From positions 96,001 through 160,000 of the forward strand of contig JANQNK010000001.1 in the NCBI GenBank assembly GCA_028279595.1: a stretch of 64,000 nt of DNA. Reading direction: 5' to 3'. Below are positions 41,033 to 50,267 of the stretch, piece after piece (the stretch's first letter is position 1; the number at the start of each line of letters is the position of its first letter). The notes beneath the pieces were generated by a model. That model did not search any database. It worked only from the letters and a program-made list of their open reading frames with translations, and was not told where the DNA came from. Position numbers and translations under genes: made by a program. Source of the stretch: Thermoplasmatota archaeon (GTDB lineage Archaea > Thermoplasmatota > JAKEGO01).

Positions 41033-42613
41033 TCACCTCAGGTAGTCTGGAAGTCCTTCCAGACCCTTCTGGTAGTACCTCCGGAAGATGGCGTTCACCT
41101 GCCTGTACCCGAACATCCGCCTCTCGACCATCCGCGAGATGATCTCCGCCCTCCTGTCGAGGACGGTGTAGATCTCCCTGATGTCGGCTAGACCCATCTT
41201 GGGCGCGATAAGGTTCTCGAGGATGTGGCTGTTGAACCTTCCCCTGAACCTGTGGACGTCCTCCACGGGATCCCACTGGAAGACCGTCCTCGTGAGCACT
41301 CCGCCCTTCGCCGGCGAGAACCTGAGGATCTCCTCGAGGGTGCTCACCCTCCTCGTGATGCGGCCGCGCTCGTAGATCAGGAGCTGGAACAGCGCGATGT
41401 TCAGGTTGTCGATGAACCTGATGGGGACGTTGATCGGGTCGCCGGTGAACCTCTGTATCAGCTTGCTGATGGAGGACGCATGGAACGTCGATATGACCGG
41501 ATGGCCGGTCTGCATGGCCTGGAACGCGACGTTTCCTTCGCGGCCCCTGATCTCACCCACAACGATGTAATCGGGACGTGACCTCAGGGCCGCCTTGATG
41601 AGGTCGAAGAGCTCGACACGGGCTTCCTCGGGGCCCGCCTCCCTGGTGATCAGCCTCTGCCAGACGTTGTGCGGAACGACCACCTCCGGTGTGTCCTCCG
41701 CCGTGTAGATCTTGAAATTGTGATTGATGAACGACAGCATCGAGTTCAGGCTCGTCGTCTTGCCGGACGCGGTCTCCCCGGAGATTATCACGTTCATCGA
41801 GTATTCCAGCGCCATCCACATGTACGCTGCCATTTCGGGGCTCAACGTCCCCCAGTCGACGAGCTGGGTGACGGTCAGGGGCTCCTCCGCGAACTTCCTG
41901 ATGGTGAAGGACGCCCCCTCCTTGCTGACGTCGTCGCTGTAGATGATGTTGATACGCGACCCGTCGGGCAGGGCGGCGTCGATGATCGGGTTGGTGTCGG
42001 AGACAGGCTTGCCAATCCTCTCGCTGAGGAGCCTCAGGTAGGCGTCCAGCTCCCCCGCGTCCCTGAACATGACGTTCGTCTCGAGCATCCCGAAGATCTT
42101 GTGGACGATGTGGATCGAGCGGGTCCCGACGCTGTGTATGTCCTCGAGGTTGGGGTCGTGTAGGAGCGGTTCGATCTTGCCGTTCTGGATGAAGTCGCGC
42201 TTCATCCTGTACTCTATCTTCTTCTGCTGCTCCCCCGACACCCTCGGACCCATCCTGATCGCCTTCTTGAGGAGGTCGCTCATCGCCTCCTGGAACGCCT
42301 CGGTGTCCTCCGGGGTCACTTCCATCTCGGTGGCCATGTTCAGGATGAGCTTGAGGAGACGTTGATAGACCTCCTCGTCCTTCTCATCGAGCTGTGGCTC
42401 GACTATCGCGTAGTGCCACTTCCTGTCCTTGTCGACGTAGACGTGGGCGTATGTCTCCTCTTCCAGCGGATAGATGAGGTTCGGGTTCGGCAGCCGCCGC
42501 ATGTTGGGGACCAGTTTGTTGTGGAAGTGCGGCCTGGACAGGCCTGACTCACGCTGGAAGTCCGTGATGTACTCCTGCAGATGCGCTGTTCTCCACAGTT
42601 CTTCCTTTGCCAT
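41033..42613 (-). CDS. flaI: Archaellum ATPase ArlI
   Basis: GETASGKT, EDTPE, LRSRPDYIVVGEIRG, FQAMQTGH, STFHA. Confidence 0.96.
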   Translation of the reverse strand: MAKEELWRTAHLQEYITDFQRESGLSRPHFHNKLVPNMRRLPNPNLIYPLEEETYAHVYVDKDRKWHYAIVEPQLDEKDEEVYQRLLKLILNMATEMEVTPEDTEAFQEAMSDLLKKAIRMGPRVSGEQQKKIEYRMKRDFIQNGKIEPLLHDPNLEDIHSVGTRSIHIVHKIFGMLETNVMFRDAGELDAYLRLLSERIGKPVSDTNPIIDAALPDGSRINIIYSDDVSKEGASFTIRKFAEEPLTVTQLVDWGTLSPEMAAYMWMALEYSMNVIISGETASGKTTSLNSMLSFINHNFKIYTAEDTPEVVVPHNVWQRLITREAGPEEARVELFDLIKAALRSRPDYIVVGEIRGREGNVAFQAMQTGHPVISTFHASSISKLIQRFTGDPINVPIRFIDNLNIALFQLLIYERGRITRRVSTLEEILRFSPAKGGVLTRTVFQWDPVEDVHRFRGRFNSHILENLIAPKMGLADIREIYTVLDRRAEIISRMVERRMFGYRQVNAIFRRYYQKGLEGLPDYLR

Positions 42614-42620
42614 CTTCCGG

Positions 42621-43307
42621 TCACACCACCTTGGTGATGTCTAGTATTAGCCCCACGCCAGGCTCGATCCTGAACCCGGTTATCTGCCCCACACGGTTCT
42701 TCGCCATGAGGAACCTCCTGATGTACATCAGGTTCTCGATGCCCCCCTCGCTCATGTCGACGACCATCTCCGTGTAGATGTCCGAGGAGGACCTGAGGAC
42801 CTGCAGCATGGAGCCGTCGATGTCCGCCGGGTCCGCAGTCAGTATTACGAGCTTGTTCCTCGATGCCACGTCCTTGAGGTACCTGATCGCGGTGAACAGG
42901 CTCTCCTCGTTCTCGGTCCTGAGCATGGTCGACATCGAATCGATTATCGTGACGTCCTTCTCGAATATCCTGGGCTCCCTGAGGAGCCTCCCCAGGTAAT
43001 GGCCGGGAAGGTGGCCTCTTATCATCGGGAACACCGGGATGTAGACGAGGTTCTTGTCCAGGAGGTACTCGTCGATGCTGTAATCGAGGGACTTCATCTG
43101 GTCGGAGAAGCCCTTTGTCGCCATCTCCGTGGAGACGTACGTAACTCCCGACCCGTGGAGGAGGAAAGAATAGCAGAGGCGCTGGCAGAGGGCGCTCTTT
43201 CCGCCGCCGTTCTCCCCTGCGATGAGCATCATCGATCCCCTCGGTATGCCTCCTCCGAGGAACCGTCCGAGGCCGTCACGCTCAACGTCGATGGATATCA
43301 GGTCCAA
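42621..43307 (-). CDS. flaH: Archaellum KaiC-like protein ArlH
   Basis: LGGGIPRGS, GENGGGKS, YVSTE, FRIEPGVG. Confidence 0.93.
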   Translation of the reverse strand: MDLISIDVERDGLGRFLGGGIPRGSMMLIAGENGGGKSALCQRLCYSFLLHGSGVTYVSTEMATKGFSDQMKSLDYSIDEYLLDKNLVYIPVFPMIRGHLPGHYLGRLLREPRIFEKDVTIIDSMSTMLRTENEESLFTAIRYLKDVASRNKLVILTADPADIDGSMLQVLRSSSDIYTEMVVDMSEGGIENLMYIRRFLMAKNRVGQITGFRIEPGVGLILDITKVV

Positions 43308-43311
43308 TTCA

Positions 43312-43755
43312 TCACCCCGTCCTGAACCACATGGAATCCGAGCTGTCGTGCTCCGCGGTCACCTTCAGGCTGTGGTCGCCATCGGCGATGGTCACTGTGA
43401 CGGTCACGTCGAGTGTCGTCGCGGGTATCCATTCCCCTCCCCCGACGACGGTCGTGTTGTCAGGAACGACGGGGAATCCGTCGACGAAGACCAGGATCGA
43501 CGAGGTATCGATGCCGCGCGTTCCCACGTTCTTGACGTAGACGTGCAGCTCGTCGGTGACGTTGTCATAGGGCATCGCCACCGGGTCGTTCAGAATGACT
43601 ATCCGGGTCCGGATGCTGTCCGAGTTCGCCTGACCCTTCTCCTCGAGGGCGTCGACGAAGTCCTGGCTCACCACGTAGAGGCCTCCGACGACCATCGTCG
43701 CCACCACTATTGAGGCCACGAAGAATATCATGTGTGAGATGGATGTGCCGGGCAT
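43312..43755 (-). CDS. flaG: Archaellum stator ArlG
   Basis: SISHMIFFVASIVVA, ILNDP, YVKNVG. Confidence 0.92.
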   Translation of the reverse strand: MPGTSISHMIFFVASIVVATMVVGGLYVVSQDFVDALEEKGQANSDSIRTRIVILNDPVAMPYDNVTDELHVYVKNVGTRGIDTSSILVFVDGFPVVPDNTTVVGGGEWIPATTLDVTVTVTIADGDHSLKVTAEHDSSDSMWFRTG

Positions 43756-44192
43756 CAGACCACCACCGATGTATCACTGACCCCGTTGGCCGTCACTATC
43801 TTGATCCTGGCGGGCGCGGAGACGCCGTCAATTGCGAAATGGGCGGTCTCCGATGGCCCCCAGAGGTCCGATCCCGGATGTCCGGCGACACCTGTCCTGT
43901 TCCACCTTATCGAACCGCTCATCAGCGTCCCGTTCACGAGTACGTCGCAGTCACGGACGCTCAGCAAGGAGGACCCATCGTTCGTCACGTTCATCCACAG
44001 GGCTCCCCCGGTGACGTTCGTGTCGGTTATGGCTATCGAGGACCCGGCCCGATCGTATGCGAGCTCGTCACGCTGATCGATCGCGTCCCTGGTCTCCCTT
44101 GACACATTGTCGTAGGTGTTGATGAAATCGGCTGAGATGATCACGATGGCTGAGAAGATGATCACTGTGGCGGCAGAGAGGCCAAGGCCCAT
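43755..44192 (-). CDS. flaF: Archaellum stator ArlF
   Basis: MGLGLSAATVIIF, VTNDGS, LVNG, WGPSET, KIVTANG. Confidence 0.88.
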   Translation of the reverse strand: MGLGLSAATVIIFSAIVIISADFINTYDNVSRETRDAIDQRDELAYDRAGSSIAITDTNVTGGALWMNVTNDGSSLLSVRDCDVLVNGTLMSGSIRWNRTGVAGHPGSDLWGPSETAHFAIDGVSAPARIKIVTANGVSDTSVVV

Positions 44193-44198
44193 CTAGGG

Positions 44199-45296
44199 TC
44201 ACCCCCTCTCGTCCGATGAGAGGTGGTCCAGCTTCTCCTTCAACTTGTCGAGCTCCTCCTCGTCGATGACGGGCACGTCGATGAACGCATCCTGCTTGAA
44301 GGTGTCCTCGACGTTCTCCGGAGGCGAGACGGACTCGCTGAACGGCGTGTCGCCGAAATCGGCCTCCTCGGCGGGCTGGTCCTCGGCCACCATGAACTCC
44401 TGGGGAGCCTGATCGACGAACAGCTTCTCGACGGCCTCTGGACCGGAGCTCATCTCCAGCAGACGCTTGACCTCGGCCGCGATGTCCTCCATGACGGCCG
44501 GGTCGACCCTGACGCCCTTGACGCGCTGGATGAACAGGTACGAACTGATGGTATCCTCGGTGGAGAGCTTCCATCCGTCCGTCTCCTCTCGGTCCAGCGC
44601 TATGATCTCGCCGGTCGGGGTGACGGCCTTGTCCATTGGGCCCTTGTCGAAATGAAGGGACTTGATGTACGTCATCGCCTTGGATTCGATGAGGTCGTCG
44701 ATCCATCCGATCTCCTTGTAGTACTCGAGCAGGTTCGGGATCTCGAAGTTCGACATCCTGTCCTGGAGGAATTCGAGCCACTTGAGGATCCAGATCTCCG
44801 ACACGAAGGGCTCGTCCTTCTGGGGTCGCCCGGGCATCGAGTAGTCAACGAAGGGATTGATGTCCAGTGAGAGCACGTCGAAGAGCGTGGCGACCTCCTG
44901 CATCCGCGTTTCAAGCGTGTAGAGCGAGCGGCGGACGTCGTCCATCGAGCTTATCGTCGTTGTCATCCGGGCCATCTTGTCCTTGATCGACCGGATGTCG
45001 GACTCTGCGTTCGACCTGAACCTCTCCAACTCGTGTATCGCCTCGAGTATCTCCGTCAGGTTCCCGGTGGAAGTCATCGGAGCATGTGACGTCTGGTCGT
45101 CCTGCTGCCTGTCCAATGGGATCCCTCCAGGTCCGACGGGCACGGGTGTCGACGGCGTTTCCGCCTCGGGCTCTGCCGAGACCTCTAGGACGGCCTCGGC
45201 CCTGGGAGTGACCTTCTTCAGAGTCGGCATGCCGAGTATGACATCGTACGCATGGGCAACTGCGGCCCCGCTCTCCACCGGCTTCTTGCGAGCCAT
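44199..45296 (-). CDS. flaD: Archaellum accessory ArlC/D/E fusion-type protein
   Basis: Coiled coil ending LFDVLSLDINPFV (FlaC-like); KWLEFL..LLEYYKEIGWI and LSTEDTISSYLFI (FlaD/E domain). Confidence 0.82.
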   Translation of the reverse strand: MARKKPVESGAAVAHAYDVILGMPTLKKVTPRAEAVLEVSAEPEAETPSTPVPVGPGGIPLDRQQDDQTSHAPMTSTGNLTEILEAIHELERFRSNAESDIRSIKDKMARMTTTISSMDDVRRSLYTLETRMQEVATLFDVLSLDINPFVDYSMPGRPQKDEPFVSEIWILKWLEFLQDRMSNFEIPNLLEYYKEIGWIDDLIESKAMTYIKSLHFDKGPMDKAVTPTGEIIALDREETDGWKLSTEDTISSYLFIQRVKGVRVDPAVMEDIAAEVKRLLEMSSGPEAVEKLFVDQAPQEFMVAEDQPAEEADFGDTPFSESVSPPENVEDTFKQDAFIDVPVIDEEELDKLKEKLDHLSSDERG

Positions 45297-45311
45297 GAGA
45301 TCACAATGCGA

Positions 45312-45872
45312 TCAGATCAGGATGAGGAATCGGTCGCTCAGGTCGTTGGGAGCAATGTAGGATTCCAAGGTCCCTGGCACCCTGTTGGGCGGGATGATCT
45401 TGATGGTGAACTCCTCACCCGGACCTACCGACAGGCCTGAAACGGTGAGGTTCATGGTCTCCCCGCGTGCGAGGATCCCGTTGTCACCGTCCGTGTCGAT
45501 CAACGTCGCTCGTGTGAACGTCGCGTTCTCGTCGTAGTTCGACGGGTCCTGGTACTGGATGAGCACACCCGAGACATCGATCCCAGTGCTGCCGGCGTTG
45601 AGTCCGACAGTGAGGTAGATCTCGTTTATCTCGCGCCCTCCGGAGCCATCGGGTCCGATCCTGCCAACGGTGTTGGTGATCGAAATGCCCCCGGTCGCCG
45701 AGTCGGCGGCGTCCTGGCCCGTACGCTCGGCCTGGTTCTGGAGCTCATCCGCTGTTTGGATGATCACTGCGGCGGCGATGGAAGCGACGAGGATCAATGC
45801 GATGAACACGATCAACGTCCCTATCCCGATAGCCGCTTTAAAGTCCCTCCTAAATCCCTTCAGACACTTCAT
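45312..45872 (-). CDS. flaB: Archaellin
   Basis: Class III signal MKCLKGFRRDFKA|AIGIGTLIVFIALILVASIAAAVII; SD GGAGG; N-glycosylation sequons NAT and NLT. Confidence 0.95.
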   Translation of the reverse strand: MKCLKGFRRDFKAAIGIGTLIVFIALILVASIAAAVIIQTADELQNQAERTGQDAADSATGGISITNTVGRIGPDGSGGREINEIYLTVGLNAGSTGIDVSGVLIQYQDPSNYDENATFTRATLIDTDGDNGILARGETMNLTVSGLSVGPGEEFTIKIIPPNRVPGTLESYIAPNDLSDRFLILI

Positions 45873-45913
45873 AATAGCCCTCCACGCTACGTCCAGATTC
45901 AATGCGGTTAAGA

Positions 45914-45926
45914 ATATAAAAACTAT
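45914..45926 (-). promoter_or_regulatory. TATA box of the archaellum operon
   Basis: Minus strand reads ATAGTTTTTATAT about 45 nt upstream of flaB. Confidence 0.6.
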
Positions 45927-46077
45927 TTGGTGGCCATTGCCGGAGGTCGATATCCAATGGAAATCGCGGTCCGCCGGATATCCTTCCCTAAGCGCCGAAA
46001 ATTTGCCGTCCAGAGATGTCCTGGCTCGGTGTGGTAACCCCATCAAAGATAAATACCACCACCACGATACCGCCTAG

Positions 46078-47619
46078 ATGACCGCCCTCACCTTCTTTGG
46101 GGGTGTCTCCGAGGTCGGAGGCAACACGATCCTCCTCGAAACTGACGGTCTCCGGGTCCTCATGGACTTCGGTGTCAGTTTCGAAAGGAAGGGGCGTTTC
46201 TTCGAGGAGTTCGTTCAGGTCAGGAACAGGACCCACCTCAGGGACTCCATCGTTCTCGGCCTCGTTCCCCCGCTCGACGGGCTGTACAGGAGCGACCTGG
46301 AGTCTCCACACGGCCTCGAGTCGCTTCAGGTCTACAGGGAGCATCCCGAGCTCTGGCAGACCAGTGTCGTTCCCTGGGAGGAGTCCGAGGACCGTGTCGA
46401 CGCCATGCTACTCACCCACGCCCACCTGGACCACTCTGCCCACATCCCGCTCATGGACCCCCGGATCCCGATCTACTGTTCCGGCGATACCCGCATCCTG
46501 CTGGAGACCATGGACGATATGGACTCCGGAGTGGAATCCGAGTTCGTGAGGACGACGACGTGGGGATTGAAGTCGACGAAGGGCGGGAAGTTCCCCGGAT
46601 CGCCGAAGATCGGTGAGGTGGAGACGACGGACCGGCTCTACCACACCTTCAGACCTCCCGCCAAGTTCAAGATCGAGGACATCGAGGTATCCGCCTTCCC
46701 GGTCGACCACTCCGTCCCCGGGGCCGTCGCGTTCGTCCTTTACACGAGCGACCTGACGATAGCCTACACAGGGGACTTCAGGCTCCACGGGGACCACTCA
46801 CACTGGACCTCCGAGTTCTTCAGCCAGATCGCCGGCGAGGTGGACGTCTTCATCACCGAGGGGACCAGGATACACGAGGAGAGCACCGACAGCGAGCAGG
46901 CCGTCAGGGACGAGGCCACCGCACTGATAGAGAACTCCAACGGCCTGGTGATGGTCGGCTACTCGTGGAAGGACCTGATGCGCACGAAGTCGATGCTCGA
47001 GGTCTCCAGGCGGACTGGACGCGAGCTCGTCATCTCGCCCAGGACGGCGTACTTCCTTTACAAGATGGGCTCCCACGTCGAGGCGATCGTCGGCCTCAAC
47101 GTGTATACCCCGAGGAAAGGCTCGATGATCTACGCACCGAACGATTATTCCGCCGAGAAGTACCTCGCCGGATACGCCCTCGACTGGTCGGGGGACAAAC
47201 CTGATATGACCCACCTCAACGACGGCGTGCGGGCATACGATATCGCCAGGAACCCGAACAGGTACCTCCTCCACCTAGATCTCTTCTCGTTCAACGAGCT
47301 GCTCGACCTCGGAAGGCTCGAGGGGAGCATCTATCTCAAGGCCCAGAGCGAGCCCTTCAGCGAGGAGATGTCCATAGGCGAGGACAGGATCTTGAACTGG
47401 TTCTCCTTCTGGAACATCAATCCGCCCGACCACATGCCGATCGACATCCGCGCCTCCGGCCACGCCGCCGGACCGGACATCCATGCTGCGATAGAGATGG
47501 TCCAGCCCAGGCTCCTCGTACCGGTGCACACCGACCACCCCGAGATGTTCCCCGACAACATCAACATGCTGAACCCCGAGGTCGGCGTCAGGTACGACCT
47601 GTCGTCGTTGGTGCAATAG
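46078..47619 (+). CDS. MBL-fold beta-CASP (RNase J-like) hydrolase
   Basis: GGVSEVGGN, THAHLDH, VDHS, YTGDFR, ITEGT, ASGHA, PVHT. Confidence 0.85.
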   Translation: MTALTFFGGVSEVGGNTILLETDGLRVLMDFGVSFERKGRFFEEFVQVRNRTHLRDSIVLGLVPPLDGLYRSDLESPHGLESLQVYREHPELWQTSVVPWEESEDRVDAMLLTHAHLDHSAHIPLMDPRIPIYCSGDTRILLETMDDMDSGVESEFVRTTTWGLKSTKGGKFPGSPKIGEVETTDRLYHTFRPPAKFKIEDIEVSAFPVDHSVPGAVAFVLYTSDLTIAYTGDFRLHGDHSHWTSEFFSQIAGEVDVFITEGTRIHEESTDSEQAVRDEATALIENSNGLVMVGYSWKDLMRTKSMLEVSRRTGRELVISPRTAYFLYKMGSHVEAIVGLNVYTPRKGSMIYAPNDYSAEKYLAGYALDWSGDKPDMTHLNDGVRAYDIARNPNRYLLHLDLFSFNELLDLGRLEGSIYLKAQSEPFSEEMSIGEDRILNWFSFWNINPPDHMPIDIRASGHAAGPDIHAAIEMVQPRLLVPVHTDHPEMFPDNINMLNPEVGVRYDLSSLVQ

Positions 47620-47704
47620 AAGTGGAATTCCCTGTCGTTATCTTATTATACACCTTCTCTATAATACCCCCACTCGTGGCTCAGGTCACGTCGTCCAGCA
47701 AAAT

Positions 47705-47807
47705 GCCCCGGTAGTGTCACGGGTGAAGTCCAAGGCCTTCACCCTGCTCGGGCGATCTGATCGCCCTCGAGCGACCTATCATCAGGCCTCGATGATAACC
47801 GGGTCCA
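47705..47807 (+). ncRNA. Candidate tRNA-Asp-derived structured RNA / mini-element
   Basis: Shares GCCCCGGTAGTGT and AGCG.CCTATCATC with tRNA-Asp; three hairpins; closing stem GCCCCGGT/ACCGGGTC with one mismatch. Confidence 0.5.
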
Positions 47808-47817
47808 TTAGCAATAT

Positions 47818-47890
47818 GCCCCGGTAGTGTAGCGGCCTATCATCTCGGCCTGTCGAGCCGAGGACACGGATTCAAATTCCGTCCGGGGCG
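47818..47890 (+). tRNA. tRNA-Asp(GTC)
   Basis: GCCCCGG acceptor, TCGGC-CTGTCGA-GCCGA anticodon arm, ACGGA-TTCAAAT-TCCGT T arm; CCA not encoded. Confidence 0.97.
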
Positions 47891-48010
47891 CTCTTCCTTC
47901 ATTTTACCTGTAGTCGCGCCCCGGACTCTCGTGAAGTTAATCCAACAGATTTCTGCCATTGATATTACAATGTGTACGGTCATAACCTTCACGATCCGTC
48001 CGGGGCGTTC

Positions 48011-48715
48011 TTAGAGCTCGTCCTTCAACTTCGTCAGGACGTACTCGCATCCCATGTGGGACCGGTCGAACCCCGTGACGACGTAACCGTCCGACATGAG
48101 TTCCGTGAACTTCTTCCTCGTCCTCTCGCGCCAGACCTTCGCAGCCTTCGGGTCCTCCGCCTTGATACCGGAAATGTCCTCCGGGATCTGCACCCTCTCG
48201 GGCGCCCCCTCGGATTCGGGTCTGACCGTCAGGTACCAGGATACGTAGAACCTGTCGGTGGCGAGGTCCCCATACAGTGTGGAATCGATCTTCCCGTAGT
48301 AATCAACGAGATATCTCTCGGCGATCCCGCCGATCTTCCTAATGTAGAGGTTGGCGTTGGCAGCCTCGAGCGGATCGTATGTCCAGAAGATGCGTTCGAT
48401 CCCCATCTCCCTGTAGGTCCAGGCCATCTCGGACATGAGCTCGTGGGCGATCCCCTTCGACGCGTGCGATGGGACCACTGCGACCTGATGCATCAAGGCG
48501 GAGCGCCAGTCAGGTCCCGGCAGTCCGAGAAGATAGCCAACGGGCCTGTCCCCGTCGTAGTAACCTAGGACGAGCCCCACAGGGTCCAGCTCGTCCGCAA
48601 TGGCCCTCAGAAGATGTACGGGAACGGTCTCGAGGTCGTTCTTTCCCCATGCGCCCTGCTGGACGTCGAGCATTCCACGGAGTTCGTCCACCTCGCGGAG
48701 ACGGACGACGCCGAT
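48011..48715 (-). CDS. GNAT-family acetyltransferase (COG3375-like); probable ATC start
   Basis: QQGAWG, GLVLGYY, HQVAV..KGIA, WTYDPLEAANANLYIRKIG, YYG, TDRF. Confidence 0.85.
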   Translation of the reverse strand: MGVVRLREVDELRGMLDVQQGAWGKNDLETVPVHLLRAIADELDPVGLVLGYYDGDRPVGYLLGLPGPDWRSALMHQVAVVPSHASKGIAHELMSEMAWTYREMGIERIFWTYDPLEAANANLYIRKIGGIAERYLVDYYGKIDSTLYGDLATDRFYVSWYLTVRPESEGAPERVQIPEDISGIKAEDPKAAKVWRERTRKKFTELMSDGYVVTGFDRSHMGCEYVLTKLKDEL

Positions 48716-48719
48716 GACA

Positions 48720-50216
48720 TCACTTCCCGGGACTTACCCTCGGCGCGTTCCTCAGCCATTCGATGTCGCTCATGTAGAGGTCTCGGATGTCCTTCAGACC
48801 GTGTTCGAGCATCGCAAGACGTTCGAGCCCAAGCCCCCACGCAAGGACGGGATGCCTGGCGCCCACGGGTTCGGTCACCTCGGGCCTGAAGATCCCTGCC
48901 CCGCCCAGCTCCATCCATTGGCCGTTGTAGAACACCTCGACCTCGAGGGACGGCTCGGTGTACGGGAAGTATCCGGGCCTTATCCTGACGTTGTCGAAGC
49001 CCATCCTGCTGTAGAACTCCTTCAGAAGGCCGACGAGCATTCCGAGGCTCGCCCCCTCCTCCATGACGATCCCCTCGATCTGGTAGAACTCCGGCAGGTG
49101 CGTCGAGTCTATCGCTTCCCTCCGGAAGACCGTCTCGATCGAGAAGACGCGGACCGGCGGCTCAGGGTCCTCCCTCAGCCGCCTGATGGTGTTGACAGTG
49201 GTGTGTGTCCTAAGGAGCATCCTGCGGCCGACGTCCTCCGACCAATCGTAACCCCATCCCCGGGACCCCGTGTCCCCACCGTCGCTGTGGACCGCTGCTA
49301 TGCGCTCCATGAGATCGCTATCGAGTTCGGGGCACTCGACCCCGTCTATGTACAATGTATCCTGAAGTTCCCTGGCCGGGTGGTCCTGGGGAATGAAGAG
49401 AACGTCCATGTTCCAGAAGGCCGACTCGACGAACTGACCCTCTATCTCCGTGAATCCCATCTCGAGGAATATCCGTCTGACGCGCTCGATCGTCCTCGTC
49501 ATCGGGTGCTCTCCACCTCCGGAGAGCGCCGGGGACATCGCGTCTATGTCGTACCTCCTGACGGAGACGTCCTTCCAACCCCCGCTTTGAATGAGCTCCG
49601 GTGTGAGCTGGGAGACCTCGTCCCTCTCGGACAGGTCATCCTCGCCAAGGCCTGAAACGGCATCGGTCGGGACGATCATTCGCGATACGACCTCGTCACG
49701 CACCACGGCGCCTCCTCGTTTCCTGAGAAGTTCGAGCGCATCGACCTGGGTTTCCGTGAACTCTCCCTTGGTGGTCATTCCCCCCTCCTTCAGGGCATAC
49801 AGGACCTCAAGCTCCGGAGACCCGGAGTCAAGGGCGTTCCTGCCCTCATCCGTGATCGTGACGGAACCCGAATCAATAGCGATGAACGCCTTCCTCTTGA
49901 GCCATCCCAGCCCTATGGAGAAGTCCTTGGGGTCCATGCCGCAGCCGTCCTTCAGCTCGCCCATGGACATGCCGTCATGGACGGACGCCAGGAGAACCAT
50001 CTCAGGCAGCCCCTCCTCGAGGAACTTCAGGCCCTCATCGCCGATGGAATAGACGACGTCGACCTCGTCCTCGATGGAGACGAGCCCCTTCTCCTTCAAC
50101 CAGGACGCGGCGTTCATGGCCTCGGGAGATGTCAGCCCTTCGATACCGTCGGGCGATACGGGACCGACGTCCCTCAGGGTCCTCAACACCCTCCGTTCAG
50201 CATTACTCAGGTCCAT
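48720..50216 (-). CDS. pheS: Phenylalanine--tRNA ligase alpha subunit
   Basis: FWNMDVLFIPQDHPARE, LLRTHTT, FRREAIDSTHLPEF, YFPYTEPS, AWGLGLER. Confidence 0.98.
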   Translation of the reverse strand: MDLSNAERRVLRTLRDVGPVSPDGIEGLTSPEAMNAASWLKEKGLVSIEDEVDVVYSIGDEGLKFLEEGLPEMVLLASVHDGMSMGELKDGCGMDPKDFSIGLGWLKRKAFIAIDSGSVTITDEGRNALDSGSPELEVLYALKEGGMTTKGEFTETQVDALELLRKRGGAVVRDEVVSRMIVPTDAVSGLGEDDLSERDEVSQLTPELIQSGGWKDVSVRRYDIDAMSPALSGGGEHPMTRTIERVRRIFLEMGFTEIEGQFVESAFWNMDVLFIPQDHPARELQDTLYIDGVECPELDSDLMERIAAVHSDGGDTGSRGWGYDWSEDVGRRMLLRTHTTVNTIRRLREDPEPPVRVFSIETVFRREAIDSTHLPEFYQIEGIVMEEGASLGMLVGLLKEFYSRMGFDNVRIRPGYFPYTEPSLEVEVFYNGQWMELGGAGIFRPEVTEPVGARHPVLAWGLGLERLAMLEHGLKDIRDLYMSDIEWLRNAPRVSPGK

Positions 50217-50267
50217 CCGTCCCTCGGAACGGTGTAGCGGTAATTAAAACTATCCGGTTTTCCGGGC

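Noticed and set aside
45949-46021. GATATCC/GATGTCC motifs upstream of flaB as operator sites
   Set aside because: Short, irregularly spaced (28 and 38 nt) and common in this genome.
47705-47807. Element A as a tRNA with a D-loop intron or a split-tRNA half
   Set aside because: Removing the insert leaves no anticodon or TTCRA T arm, and no complementary partner leader is visible.
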